DNA from: Guillardia theta CCMP2712
Taxonomy: Eukaryota > Protista > Cryptophyta
Assembly: GCF_000315625.1 (NCBI RefSeq)
Contig: NW_005434601.1
Location: forward strand, 1 to 47,856
DNA length: 47,856 bases
Direction of reading: 5' to 3'
Below the pieces are notes generated by a model, which saw only the letters and a program-made list of their open reading frames with translations, had not been told where the DNA came from and ran no database searches. A program made the translations under genes and the position numbers. Of this stretch, positions 33,726 through 47,500 are shown piece by piece. Within the stretch, counting starts at the first letter, position 1; each line of letters begins with the position of its first letter.

Positions 33726-36700
33726 ATGGCAGGAGATCGACGATCAGGAGGTGAGGAGAGTCAACGAGGAAAAGAGAAGCAAAGAGTGGAAGAAGATTTG
33801 AAGTTCGAAACATAGTGATGTTCAACTGTCAGAGTCGATGCTGTAGTAGAGCATTTGCAATACCTTGAGAGGTCGACCATTTCCATTCATTCTTTCCAAC
33901 ATGCAGAAAGGATGACAGCATTCGTGACTTTCTTATGATCTTGTTACAGGAGGTGGTGACCCTATTGTGTTTCCCATCGGCATGATGATGCTTGCCCTGG
34001 GAGCTCTTTCTCTGATCTTCTATCGCGCGAAGCATCCTAGCATTGTTCCCTGTATGATCGTTGGTCTAGTTGTCGGCGGCACCGGCTTGAACGAAAAGAT
34101 GAAGCTCAGTCAGGACGTGATTGTGCATGTGCAGGAACTGGGGATGGTTTTGGTTCTGTTCTTCATCGGCTCAGCCGTGGACGTGCATGCATTCTTCAAG
34201 TACCGCAAGATAGTCATTATCGTCGGTCTCTGCATGCTCGTGATGAACCTTGGCATGTTCTGCCTCATTGGGGGCCTCGGCCTCAGTCATCGAGGAATCA
34301 CAATTTTCGTGTTTGCAGTCGCATGCTCCATTCCTTCTCAGACCATCATCGCCAACACACTCAGCTCTGATCACTCTGAGCTCACACTGCATGGTAAGAT
34401 CCTCAAGGTATGGAGCGGGAGCATGCGTTGCACATCTTCGTGCATGTCTTCTCTGATCCTTGATACAGGGAGTCGCCCTCATGCTTACCTCCCTCTGCGT
34501 TCTTTTCATGACCTTCCTGCAAGCATACCTTGAGAGCTTGCAGACGACATCTTGCGACGCCAGCAGGCGATACAGCAGCGACTGCTCCTCGCGCCGAGAG
34601 GTCACCGCCACCGCATCTTCAGCGACGGAACCATCCACAGAATCCGATGCATACTTCTACAGCCACATTGGAGCTGAGATCGGGAAGCAGATCGGGTTAA
34701 TGTTTGCGGTGGGAGCTGTGATAGCTTTGCTGTCACGATATGCACTAGAAAGAGTTTTCCGCTTCTTCACCGTGGTCAGTCAAAACCGTTGAGAGCGCGA
34801 TTCAACTTCTGCTTTTGACTTAGTAGCAGGACGGAGAAATGCTCTTTATTGGTACGGTTGCGTACAACCTGGGAACAGCAGCGATTTGCACCCTCATCGG
34901 CTTCTCCCCCTGGGTGGGAAGCTTCATTTCTGGGCTAAGCGTTTCCCAGCTCACTCAGCGCATGCAAATCGAGAGCAAGATCGACTCATTCAAGTCGTTC
35001 AGCGTCTACATCTTCCTCTTCATGGCATGCATCAACGTCCGCGTCACAGGTCGCGCCCTCAAAACGCAAGTCTCGCTCTGACCGCAGAGTTCAGGTGACA
35101 GACTGGCTGACATTATGGGCAAGTCCTTCTTGGTTTCAATCTGCGGCATCATCTTCACTCCCTGTAATTCCAATCGCACACTGGCGGGCGTGAATTATCT
35201 TCCGCAGGCTTCGTGTGGCTCACGGGGTTTCTTATCGGGCTCAAAGCCAGGACGCTCTTCTTTATTGGAAACTCTCTGAACCAGGCGTGCCTCATGCAGT
35301 TCCTTGACCTCTGATGACGTCATGCCTTCACCAGATGAGCGAGCTTTCTATCATGATCTCGACGCTTGCATGGAGCTCGAAAATCTTCGACCAGGAGATC
35401 GTTGCAGGTGCGCTGAGCTGCATGTAGTTGCACCAACGCTCACGTCAAGCTCCAGTCGTGATCGTCTCTACTCTACTCTCTATCGGATTCTCCTGCACCG
35501 GTCAAGCGCTAGAATTTCAGGCAAACGCTCCCCCTGCTAGAATGAAGAGCTGGATGTAATGTGAGAACAGATCTTTGAGCTTCTGCGCGGGTTGAAGTTC
35601 TTGGATCGGTTGACTCATCGGTACGTGACAGCTGCGTTGGAGTTTGAGGAGGAAGAGGATAGCGGGGAGGAAGAGTAGGACTGACGAAGTGCATTTGGGC
35701 AGCCGAGACGCGCAGTGGGAGTCAGGGTTCTGCTTCAACAAGCACGTCGTCCTGGTGATCCGAGGGAGCTGCTTCAGGCTGTTCGCGCTCAGCATTATGG
35801 CAGCTGGGCTTCAACGAGACAGGACAGCAGATAGCAGAATTCTTTCGACACAAGGTGCGGACCGTGACATTGACAACATGGAAGGGAGTGACCGACTGCT
35901 CACAAGGGACAAGATGTTGTGATGATCGACCTGGACCCGGAGCTTTTCGTGGTGATACAAAAGAAAGAGAGAAAGTAGGGCAGGAAACTGAAAGGCGCAC
36001 AGGTGCTCAAGAAACTTTATCATGGAGCCGAAGTCAAGATAGCCATAGGTTGGCTCCTAGGTTTGATCTTGGAGGCTGGGGCAAGTAACGGCCGCGTGTG
36101 AGAGCAGGGTACGCTGACTTGAGCGCGGAGCTTTCCTGCGCTCTTGAAAGACCATCCATGGGTGATCGGAGGCGTGCGGGAAACCATCAGCACTGCTGAT
36201 TTGTCAAGGCAGGCAACATCGAGGACGAGGGGAGTGACCCACAGGCTCCCAGCCATTCCAAGGATGCAGGTACTGCATGCTATAGAATCGCTTGATCATG
36301 GACCATTTGTCAGATTTCAATTCCTCCGCGCACGCTGCTGGAAGCCCTCCAGCGAATGGCTGCGGACAGTCTCAAACGACAACAAAGCACATCTCTACAG
36401 CTGTATGCGTTGTTCCCCTTCTACTCTCATTCTCTCTACTGACTGTTTGAACGATCGCAGTCAATGAGTTTCATGGATAAGGTCGTCAGTCCACAACATC
36501 TTTCCTTTTGTTTTTCTCCCTCGTTTTCATTTCTTTCGGCTGAGAGTGTTCCAACTTCCTTCCTTGCCGATCTTAAATCTTTGTCGCTTCTGCTTTTCTT
36601 TGCGATGCTTGCATGCCTTGTGGTCGTGATGAAGCATCTGACGCCATCCATGGCAGTCACGACACGACACAGAAATACTGCTGCACTCCTTTAGCCATGA

Positions 36701-37466
36701 AGGGCTGGAGCTCGAGTGGGTGATGCCGGCACTTGTTGGTCTCTGACCTGACAGCAGAGGCACGGGTACAAACATCTTTCCTGTGTACGCAGACCCCGAG
36801 AACCGCGAGGTCAGACACGTCCAGCCATCAGCTCAACCGCAGCTGACCCAACGCCTTGGCAGACGTGGGAGGCTTTCAACCTCGCCAACGCAGCGCTGGT
36901 CGTGTCCTGCATGGTCGACGGGCAAGAGGCTGAGGTTGAGGGAACTCTTGCAGGAAGGCAGCTGGTCTAACTTGAAGGTCCTTGGGTCCCTCGTGCAGGT
37001 TCAGCTCGCGGAGAAGCTCAAGGAGGCTGGCGTCCCTTTCATGGCTGTGACCAACAGCAACAACGAGGCCCGGGTGACCCCCCGAGCAGCTTGCGACTCA
37101 AGTCAGCTGACCTTCTCCGCAGGAGCTCTACGCCCATGGCTGCGCCTATGCCATCCAGCAGGTGACCCTGCCCGGTGCAGTGCAAGAGCTGAACGGCATC
37201 AGGAGTACCTCGCGTCATGCCTGCTCAAGAAGCTCTTGCTCATGGAGGTGGAGGCGGAAATCGACAAGAACAGGCAAGACCTCCACTCATCGTCAGTCTA
37301 TCTTGACAGACTTGTAGCTTCTTCACCGGCCATCGCATGCATCACATCGCCAACCTCGAGGTCCATCAGCAGTCCCCACGTTCTTACCTCATGCCCTGAG
37401 AGCCTGACGGCTTGGCAGGAGCAAGAGCATATCGAAAATCTTCACAAGCTCAGCAACTTTCTTTGA
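33726..37466 (+). CDS. Multi-exon CPA2 (KEA/KefB-like) K+/H+ antiporter with a C-terminal TrkA-N/KTN-like domain
   Basis: Hydrophobic exons (ELGMVLVLFFIG, GSFISGLSVS, KSFSVYIFLF, LNQMSELS) separated by short GT-AG introns; C-terminal VYADPEN...AALVVS. Exon boundaries are approximate. Confidence 0.8.
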
Positions 37467-37965
37467 AAACAAGACGGCTGTCGACAAGAGGAAGCAACGT
37501 CAAGTGCTTATTCGTCAAGTTAGGCAAAGTGTATCAATGTAGCTCCCATTCAGCGCACTATGGAACCTTAAAGTTACTCTCGGAACACTACGATGCAATG
37601 TCAATAGAAAAATCCCATCTCCGACGATCGGACTGAACCTTGAAACATCCTTGGAAACTCGTCGTTTGCTGGCTACTTGGGATGTCTTGACGGCCCCCTG
37701 GCTATTGGCACCGGCCCCGCCACTGTGAAGTGACTGGAGTGCCGGGCCGCTGTACTGGGTCCGCATCAGGTGCTTTTTTTTAGCTATCTAACTAAATTAA
37801 CTAAAAGAAACGGTATTGATTGACAGATCGCAACAGCTTTTGACTTATTTTTTTTCCACAAGTTGTGGAGCCATGGCAGAACTCGCGGATGCAGTTGCTC
37901 GCGCTCGTTCTCGAAAGCTGAGACTCTGTAAGGAGCAGGTGAATCAGCCTGACCTGAAGACCTCA

Positions 37966-39167
37966 ATGACGACCTGAGCCTCTTCCAGGAAGATGCTCAT
38001 CGCATAAGGAGGCCGGAGGACCAACGGTATGTCAGAGTACTTCCAAATGCACCTGATGTGAAAACTCAGCAAGAATTACCAACAGAGAAGATTTGAGCTG
38101 ACAATGAAGATGAAACAACAAAAGGTTCTCTTCTTATCTTTCTCATATTTTACTTGCTCGTCACGCCAGATTGCAGGCGTCAAAGGAAAAAGAGTTGGAG
38201 CACATTCGAAACGACGTTGTTACGGTAAACGAGTCAAACATACAAGCCTTGAGAATGACGAACTAGCTGAAGCAAGAGCATCGACGACTTCAGATCAGAA
38301 TGGAAGAGATGGCTAGGACACAATTATTGGGTCAGATAATGTGAGGAAGAGGCATCGTCTGACTTGTTCCCAGACTGGAAGTCATTGCCAAGCGCGGAGG
38401 CTTTCATAGTGAGCGAGCAAGCAGCTTGAGTTGGCTTAGCTGTTGCAGGAACGTGAGGGGTCGCTGCTGTTGGACTCGGCGGTTCTCCTCTACCTTATTC
38501 TACTGTGAACTGATAGTGCGGTAGCGCCCAGACGTCGTCTTGTTCGTCTGCGAGCAAGAAGTAGGCAACAGCACTTGTTCGCTGTGACTCGCATCCAGAT
38601 CGAGAAGCTCACGGCCAGTCAAGAACAAAAGCAGCTGAGTGTAGACGGTGAGACGAATCCATGATGAGGTGAGCTCACGACTACGAGCAGTCGTAGCCCA
38701 GGACATGCAAGGCTTGCAGATGAATCAAGCTCGTCTCTCCCGACTGCTACCCATGGCAAAGCTTCTGAAAGTAGTGTGCGACCTCAGAGCGGAACTGATT
38801 CGAAAGAGTACTTGTCCACAAACATAGCGCCCTCGTGATATTCCTTCTGCAGGAGAAAGAGATTCCTCGATGACACGTGAAGCTTCACATCGGTACAGGT
38901 TACGACAAGACTGATACGGCCATGCTTACTCAATGAAGGGATGCGATCGTGCGCCCTGAAGAGCAAGAGCTTGCCATGAGCAATCCAGCCGAGACAAGCC
39001 AACAAATAGAGGTCGAGACTCCAACAGTGTGCTCGAGGTGTACCAAGGTATGTGGGTTGCTTCAGAACGCGCATCGTGACATCACCTCCCTCAAGGAATA
39101 CTTTCCCAGCAAGAACACTCCTACATCTTGCAGGTTTGACGATTACATGACGCTCAGACACGAGTGA
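37966..39167 (+). CDS. Possible spliced gene of unknown function
   Basis: Short open frames separated by GT..AG intron-like segments; no recognisable domain. Confidence 0.3.
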
Positions 39168-39808
39168 CCATGTTGAAGATTTCACAAGGGCTGTAAGATT
39201 GTACTGCAGAACATGGGATCGGGATGGAGCTGTTGTAGAAGTGATTCTGTTTTGTTCTTCTTCCGGCACTCACTCACGATGCAGGAAATGGGCTGGGATG
39301 CATGTACGCACCACACACTCCTGCGTAATCGTTGTGACATGCTGAAAGAAGAATAGATAAGGAAAACGAACAAATTCATTGATTACTGCTTATTACAAAC
39401 AGAATGAATATGCCTGGCGTTGTAGGTGTCACAATCATACAAACTTGCCCGATGCAGCCCAGCATGTTGTGCTTCTGTGTCAAGAACAATAGTAGGTTCT
39501 ACTTTTCCTGTGCATGAGTCAAAAGATGAATGAAGCGATGAGCTAATTACCAGTGTCTACCATAGCGTTCCATAGGAGCTGGAACATACTGCCAACAGAC
39601 CAAGTAAGCAAGCATGAATTCAACCAATCTATACACGAGAAAGGTTTTCCAATATGATTTCTTGAGCTCACTTCGTTCGCCACCTCTACTACTGTACAAC
39701 CTTCATTGTATCTGCGGTACTCCTTCTGACACAGTGACTTCTCCTCAGCCCCAGTCATCACTGCTAGCTCTCTCCACTGCCCGCCCTCCCAACTCTTCCC
39801 CACTGCTT

Positions 39809-39915
39809 CCCCCCCCCTGGACCACTGCTCCCCCTCCCTGGACCACTGCTCCCCCTCCCTGGACCACTGCTCCCCCTCCCTGGACCACTGCTCCCCCTCC
39901 CTGGACCACTGCTCC
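39809..39915. repeat. 21-bp minisatellite (ccccctccctggaccactgct) x ~5
   Basis: Direct tandem repeat. Confidence 0.9.
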
Positions 39916-40461
39916 ACTCGCTCGCTTCCCCACTTCGCTTCCTCCCCACGACTTGCCCTGTGCTCACTGCCGTCTACTTCTGTACCATTGTACCATGAGC
40001 CCCCGAAATATCACAGATGGGATCATTGGCCGGCGAGTCAAAGTCACCAGGCGGGCACGGTTAGGGCATGTGAGAGTCGAAGCCGGCCCGGTAGGCCCGG
40101 GCCAAGTACAGTTACGGAACTTTGGAAAGTAAGCCTTTCTGCCAGGGCTCACTGAGTCAGTAATAATCAGTACGAGGACAATCAGGAATCAGGCCCTGAG
40201 TTCAGGTTCTGCCAGGGCTAATAATCATTACGAGGACAATCATGAATCACCGGGAGTTCAGTTTCTGCCCGGCCAGGGCTCCGAGGCTCAGAATAACGGT
40301 ACGGTCGGCGCCGCGCGCCTTCCCCCGATCAGTTAAAAATAAAGCTCACTGATGAGTGAGTCGTACTCATCTAACTTGAAGCCTCTAATTGGAGCCTGAC
40401 TCAGTGACTCGTGACGGCTCAATGAAAAACGGATATGGAAGCACACAGAATTTCAGCAAAA

Positions 40462-40488
40462 TGGAAGCGCCGGGTTTCGATCCCGGTG

Positions 40489-40529
<41 letters not shown>

Positions 40530-40534
40530 CCCCC
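40462..40534 (-). tRNA. trnA-CGC: tRNA-Ala (anticodon CGC)
   Basis: GGGGGCGTAGCTCAATTGGTAGAGCGCGCGCTTCGCATGCGCGAGGCACCGGGATCGAAACCCGGCGCTTCCA: cloverleaf, G3:U70 Ala determinant, followed by TTTT. Confidence 0.96.
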
Positions 40535-40766
40535 ATATGGTTCACGTGTGTTTATCAGGGATAATATAGTGATAATTATTATCTTTTACTCTCTCATTTT
40601 TTTTATTGATGGAGGCTTTCCCCAACCTCCACTTGTCCGCCTCTTCTCCGCCTGCTCTCTGTCACCCTCCCATTCTTCTTCTTCATCTTGATCGCACTTA
40701 TCTTGATCTCGCATCTTCTTGGATCCCTCAACACATATAGCTGAGCAAGATTGAAACAATCGTCGG

Positions 40767-41576
40767 ATGCTGCTGAAGAAATTATGCCAACAGAATGCGT
40801 TAAACGTTTTGGTAACTAGCACGTTTCTGTTATTGCTATTGCCACAAGTCACTCCATCGAAGAGTGCGATTGATTCCGTGCGATCAAAACTGAGCCAAGA
40901 AGAGCTTAGATGGATTCATGGTGACAAGGAAATAGCCTCATGGATTTCCATCTATCGCGAAGAGGATTCAGCGATTGAAAAGATCCGCGCTAAAGCGAAT
41001 TGGAGAAGACAGATCGGAAAGGTTTCTATGGCAGACTGTGCTCGTGGTTTTGGTACGGATGGTTTCACAGTGTGCTTAGAAAGTCTGCATGACAGGGATG
41101 GAAATGCAATTGTCTATTCTCATGGTTTACCAAGAGGAACTGAAGCACAGATCCGAGCACAGACCATCTATCTACAGGAGAGAGTTCTTGCTAACTCCAA
41201 GAATCAAGTAGCCAGCGCCCTCACTATTATCGACTGCACTCAGCCTTCCTTTAGAATTCCAGATGGTGTACTGAAACGAGGTGGAATCGATGTGATATCA
41301 CAATACTATCCATGGTCCACATTTGGTTCAACAGTGTTTATCGGAGTGCCGAAGCCTGTGCAATCACTCTTCAAGTTGACCAAACCGCTATTTCCTAAGG
41401 AAACGTTTGAAAGATTCCGCTTTGCGGATACCAAAGAAGACTTGGTCAAATTCATAGCCCCACAACAGCTTCCCAGGAACTGGGGAGGAAGAGCATTCTG
41501 GAGCCTCCGCATGTACACAACGCAACGATGTTTGGTTGAAGGCACACTGTGTCGTCCCGCACCAAGAGATATATAA
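40767..41576 (+). CDS. CRAL-TRIO (Sec14-like) lipid-binding protein with an N-terminal hydrophobic signal-like segment
   Basis: TIIDC...SQYYP...VFIGVPKPVQSLFKLTKPLFPKETFERFRF...FIAPQQLPRNWGG is the typical Sec14 C-terminal pattern. Confidence 0.8.
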   Translation: MLLKKLCQQNALNVLVTSTFLLLLLPQVTPSKSAIDSVRSKLSQEELRWIHGDKEIASWISIYREEDSAIEKIRAKANWRRQIGKVSMADCARGFGTDGFTVCLESLHDRDGNAIVYSHGLPRGTEAQIRAQTIYLQERVLANSKNQVASALTIIDCTQPSFRIPDGVLKRGGIDVISQYYPWSTFGSTVFIGVPKPVQSLFKLTKPLFPKETFERFRFADTKEDLVKFIAPQQLPRNWGGRAFWSLRMYTTQRCLVEGTLCRPAPRDI

Positions 41577-43699
41577 TAAAGCCAAGAACAAGTTTTTTCG
41601 CCATCAGGCGAACAAGCTCTACAGAGTTGTTTTACTTAAAGTTCCATACAGGCCATGACACAAGAATCAATGTTTTACAATCCCGCAACCTTCACGCCAG
41701 CATGATCATCCTGAGCGGAGTAGTTGGCGCCAGGGATGAGAGATCCCTACAAGCAGGATCAGTGAGAACCGTTAACGGCCACCAAGTGGAGTACCTGAGC
41801 ATAGCTGCTTGAACCGAGGGAGTGGTTTTGGTGGATGTGGGTTCCAGTAAGGTTCCACAACTGCTCGAAGACCTGAGGAGACTAAAATTTCTCGTTAGAT
41901 ATTTGCACGAGTACAATTTGAGCATCTAAACAACGCCAATGAACACCCATAAACTGCACAAACAACAAATTGTGTAGTAGCAGGATGATACAAGCCTCGG
42001 GTAAATTATGATAAAAAATAATTTTGATGGCACAAGGAAGGCCAAAAATTGGATATTCCAGGAATGTTGCACAAAAAACACTCTTGAAGCCACATAAGGA
42101 CAGCTTGAAAAGTCACAACCACAAGGCAAGAGTTCCAATCATTAAATAATCCGATCACCGCTCAAGATTTTCTCATGTATCCTCCTCAAATGTAAGTATT
42201 CTAACTGAAGAGATTCCCTTCTCATCACGGTGACAACGGGAACTCTTAATTTACACACTTTTGTCACGAAGAAAACCAACTCGATCGACTGTCTCATGAA
42301 TTATTCTCTGCAGATATCACCTCCTTTCTTCCTTTCTTCCTTTGAATCATACAACTTATATGTGAATGGTACTTCTGACATTTGACATTTTCTCTCCCTC
42401 ATCGATTCGTGAAGCCTACCTTGGTGGTGGCGAGGAACTCAAACATGGCAGCGGCGCTATTCTGAGTATACCCTACCCTCACCACTATATACACTCTTCT
42501 GGGTAGGGTACCCCAATGACACGGTGGTAGAGGAAATGTGGGGTCCATGGTCATCAAGCAACGAATGTAATTGAAAATAGGTGGTACTTGGTGAGTGAGA
42601 AGTACGGGTACGTCTTATTACCTACCCCTATGCGCCGTCAAATCTCCTTAACCCACCCCCTATTCCCCTCAACTGCACCTCCCCGAATGGTTCACTCTAT
42701 TTCCGGGGTAAAAAAAACAGCCTCATCCCCGCACAACCACCTATCAGCGAACTTTCGGTTTGAAAGTTTTGAGTGCCAAAGATTGGTCCAAACTTTGGAA
42801 GTTTCAATTGGGATTCCGTTGAGAGCGAAGATGAAGAAGAGCAAGACAAGGAGTGAAGGAAAGACCCTTGCTGACTTGTCTCTGTCAATCCTTGCCGAAT
42901 CGATTGATGTCGTCTAGATGCATTTGCTCCTTTCAAGATTGGTTTCATGCTGATCGATATGATCGTGCGACCAAGAGGAGCAACAGAGCTGCTAGCGAGA
43001 CACTGTCTTGATGGTGAAGGACTGAGCTGCATCAGAAGTATTCAATCTTGGCTATGAATGAAATCAGGAACAAGAATTGGAACACGACGAAGTGACAAAG
43101 ATAAGGGAGATCAGACGGCAGAATTACAAGAACATTCGATGAGAAGCGGGAAGAAAGGAATTCATTAATCCAGTGAAAGGAGATGACAAAGCGAATGCTG
43201 AGTTTGTTGACAAACTGCAGAACGATGAGGAAATTATCATGGGTGAAAATCATGCTAGAATATCAGTGAGTCGAATCATGACAGGGAACGGGTGACAGAA
43301 ACACCAAAAGAACCGAGCGTATCAGATCTTCAGTTGTTGTGAGGTTGACTGAAAGTGAAGACAAGATTTTATTGGTCTGAGCAAATAGCAAATGAGATAA
43401 GGCATTTGAAGGATAGGACGATTCTGGTTCAGGGAGGTGAGAGTAGAGACCCCGGAGGCAGTCGAGGACTAGATCATTCAGAGCACTGGAAAGATTGAGG
43501 GAGGCGAGAAGAATCAAGACAAGACAACAAACGCTAAATTCAATCACAAAGCTGCAGTTTTTGCGTACTCCCTCACATGTTCCGATTGATTTAAGTATAA
43601 TCAAGCGTTGAAGGCCAACGATGGCAAGAACAAGTCTACCCCGCAACTATCACAGCGCGGAAGAAGTACCACCTCCCGTCCTCCTGCCTGCTCTAACCG

Positions 43700-44544
43700 T
43701 TTGTTAAGGTTCTGCCCAAGTTTCAGAATTTGCAGCATGCTCTCTACCACGAGCGACGACAGTGCGACGCTCTAAGGCACAGCCTGAGCATGCTGCTCAA
43801 GGCAGGATCCAGGCGTGTGCTCCTCTTGTTCCCTGACTCGCCATGCCAGGAGCGTGAAGAGGCTGACCTGGAGCAGAGGCAGCTCAGGTAAGCGATCGAG
43901 AAGGCAGGCACGGGGAGCGATGGTGTTTGTCCGTAGGGATCTGGATCCTAGCGTGCAAGAGGCTCGTCATGCGGCGGAGAGGAGGATGAAAGACCTGGAA
44001 CAGGGAACGACCAAGTGAAATGACTTGCTAGCAGCTGCAATTTGCTGAAGCTCCCGCAGGCTCGAAGCTGTCCTGTCAAAGCTGCGGCAACGGAAGATGG
44101 CGCTGTACGTCGATCACGTGAGCCGGGTGCTGCTGACAGTGACGATTCCGGTAGGATGAAGGAAATCAATGTTGTGCGAAGTCAAAAGGAGGAGATGGCG
44201 CACGCGTGTCAGCGCCTAGCCCAGGAGAACCAGGGGTTGCAGCTCACCCTCCAGGTCTGCTCGTCCTTCCTTCTCTCTTGCTGCCAGTGATAGACGCTGT
44301 TAGAACGTTGCGGCTAAGATCGAGGTCGTGCATGCAGACCGACTGGCGAGTGATTCGCACAAGCAGCTGCTCCAGGTCGTGTCGTCTCCTTCTTTTTCGA
44401 GCGTTCACTCCTCCTGCAGGAAGAGTCGCGAGCAATAGAGGACGAGATCGAGAGCTTGAGCCGGAAGCTGTACGCCACTCCCTCTCTGCGTCATGCTCCT
44501 TGACCCTGTTCTCTCTAGACATCAGGCGCGCACGTTGGCGTTGA
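43700..44544 (+). CDS. Possible spliced coiled-coil protein gene
   Basis: E/R/Q-rich exon fragments (MKEINVVRSQKEEMAHACQRLAQENQGLQLTLQ) with short introns. Confidence 0.35.
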
Positions 44545-44559
44545 GCTCTGTGAACGCGG

Positions 44560-47500
44560 CAGGCAAGAAGATGGCGGTGGAGCTGGTTTGACAGCCTCGC
44601 CTGCCCGGCTGCTGTTCATCCCGTCATGTTCTGCTGGGAAGGAAGGCAGCCTTGGACTGTCTCTGAGCTGCAGCTGCGCCTCTCTCCAACGGTCGACTGA
44701 TGGCTGCACCCCCGACCTTGTGGGCTTGTCTAGGAGCGGCGCGATCGAGGACGTGAAGCTCGAGGGAGTGGAGGGTAGAGAGGTTGGATGACCGGATAGC
44801 CGTTCGCTCCCACATGCGATCCTTTGCTGCTCGGAGGCGGCAGAAGATCGTGTGAGCGAGATGCATGACGTCTTCCTTGAAGGTCTTGGACGACAAGATG
44901 TAGGCCAAGGTGTCAAGAACCTCGGGGGTTTCTGACAGCAGCAGCGCGATGCTCCTGGTGCTGCGTCAGCAAAAGGAGGAGGAGGAGGAGGAGGAGGAGG
45001 AGGAGGAGGAGCACCTATCCGTGCTTAAGATGTAGAATAAGTGAATCAACTCAGCCTGTCAGAGGTTGTGAGGCAGGCAGGAGAAGTGCGGGGGGAACAT
45101 GCAGACCTTGCTGTCTGTTGGGATGATGCGCCTGATCGGCGAGCTCCTGACCTCAAGTCAACCTCACTCAATGAAGGAGCTTCTCACAAGAGCTCGGACT
45201 CCTCCTTCTCCTCTAGACCCTTGACAAAAGCCTGGAGTGAGATCAGCACAATGAGAATGGTCTCGGATGAACGGAAAAGTGTCAGCAGGTAGATGTGGGG
45301 AGGAGAAGCAAACAGATAGTGCCGGGTAGATGAGGAGGAGCAAGTAGATAGAGAGGTAGTGGTAGAGAAGGAGGAGCAAGTAGATAGAGAGGTAGTGGTA
45401 GAGAAGTGAGTAGATAGTGCCGGGTAGATGAGGAGGAGCAAGTAGATAGAGAGGTAGAGGAGGAGGAGCAAGTAGATAGAGAGGTAGAGGAGGAGCAAGT
45501 AGATAGAGAGGTAGAGGATGAGAAGGAGGAGCAAGTAGATAGAGAGGTAGTGGTAGAGCAAGTAGATAGAGAGGTGGTGGTAGAGAAGTGAGTAGATAGA
45601 GAGGTAGAGGAGGAGGAGCAAGTAGATAGAGAGGTAGAGGAGGAGGAGCAAGTAGATAGAGAGGTGGTGGAGGAGGAGCAAGTAGATAGAGGGGAGGTAG
45701 AGGAGGAGCAAGCAGATAGAGGAGGAGGAGCAAGTAGATAGAGAGGTAGAGGAGGAGCAAGTAGATAGAGGGGAGGAGGAGGAGCAAGTAGTTAGAGGGG
45801 AGGAGGAGCAAACAGCTGTTGAGTGCACCTGGCTCAGTCGCTGCAAGACTTTCATGTCGGAGAAGAACTTGAGTCGGAGGTAGGCAGAGACAAACTTGTG
45901 AGAATCAGTTTGCAGGATCCGCCGGAGCTCCGCCAGGAGCTTGAAGAGCGTCGAGTCTTTGCTAGCCATGGGGATTAGCTGCACGAGCTCCTCTACCCTC
46001 CTCGTAACGTCAGGCGTCAACCGCTTGCTACCCTCCTCCTCATGTGCGCTCTCTTCCTCTGCCTTGGACGAGCTTCTGAGATCCTCCCAGAACTCCTTGA
46101 GCATAGCGACATGCTCCACCTTGCAATGAAGTCTTCAGACTGATCGGCACCGTGAGCTCCTCCTCACCTTGTCCAACTTCAACGTTGCTTGCAAGGTCTC
46201 CCACTCCTGCTCCTTCTCCCTCCTCTTACCCTCCTCTCGATCTTCCACGTCGTTCGTCTCCTCAAACTGAAAGTTCTCGTAGTCTAGCAGAGAGCTCTGC
46301 TTCCTCCATGCTTTGCTCTGAAAATTCACACTCAACCCAGCTCATAAGCTACATCTTACCCCCCTTGCTCCCTTTCTCCCTCCTCCTTCCCTATCTCCCT
46401 TCCCCTTCTCCTCGAAATGCTCCACCTGCTTTCTGCCTTCTCCTCTTCCTATTTCCCTCTCCACAACCCCCGACCCCTTCGCGTTTGTCGCTCTTTCCCA
46501 TCTTCTCCAGGCTCCCTCCCTCCCTCCCTCCCTCGCCCCCTCGCTCGCTCGCTCGCTCCCTCCCTCCCTCGCCCCCTCCCTCACCTTCTTCCTGCTCTTG
46601 GTCGACGCCTTCCGCCCTCCTCTCCCCGCAGCGTCGGCCCTACGCATCGCGGTAGTAGTCGTTGCGGTAGGAGTCGTTTCAACGGCCGGAAATTCCGGGG
46701 TAAAGGTTGGCTTAGGGACTAATGTCAGGGAGGAGGATGAGGAGGAGAGGAGGAGAGGAGGAGGAGGAGAAGAGGAGGAGGAGATCACTGGAGAAGAGGA
46801 GAGAAACAGACAAGATAGATGCAACTTTCCTGGGCTATCATATGACAGAGATACATCTCAAACAAGTTCTTGTTCGCTTTCTTTTCCCCAAGCTTTTCCT
46901 CCTTGATGCTTTACAAGCTGCTATCTTTCGTTATCTTATTTCATCATCTCATCTATTAACATATGCACAAGAGCTTCAGCTACCCTCTAGTCCTCTCCCG
47001 CGTTTGCTGCTGTGCTATCATCCTTCCGCTTCGTTGGCGGCAGCATCTTTCCAACCGAGGATGAACTGAGCGTCTTCGTTGTTCTGATTCGCCGCCTTCG
47101 TCCACAATTCGATCGCCTTCGCGTCATCCTTTTCCACTCCCTGCATCTGTTTGTCACTTGCCCGCACCTATCATTGCATCCTCCTCCTCCTCCTCCTCAT
47201 GCTCCTGCTCCTTCCTGGGCTCCTCCTCGACCCTCCTTCCTCTTCCTCTCCTCACCTTGCCCTCGTGGTAGCAGACGCCAAGAGAGAACTGAGCATCCGC
47301 GTCGCCCTGCTCGGCTGCACGGGCGAACCACTTGAACGCTTCCCCGTCGTTCTTGTCCACTCCTCTTCCTTCGTCGTAACAAGTCCCCAGGTTGTACTGC
47401 AGTTCTCTCTCAGAGCCCCCACCTCCTCCCTTGGCAAGCCTCCTCCTCCTCTCCTCCACCTCTCCTCCTCGCGCCAGTCTCCTCTCCTCGTCACCTGAGC

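Noticed and set aside
40340-40380. CTGATGAG hammerhead-like core upstream of the tRNA region
   Set aside because: The hairpin is followed by CTAAC rather than GAAAC, so the catalytic core is incomplete
45164-46119. Long LYLL/PPPLYL-repeat ORFs
   Set aside because: Translation of a GA-rich minisatellite; only the flanking parts look like exons
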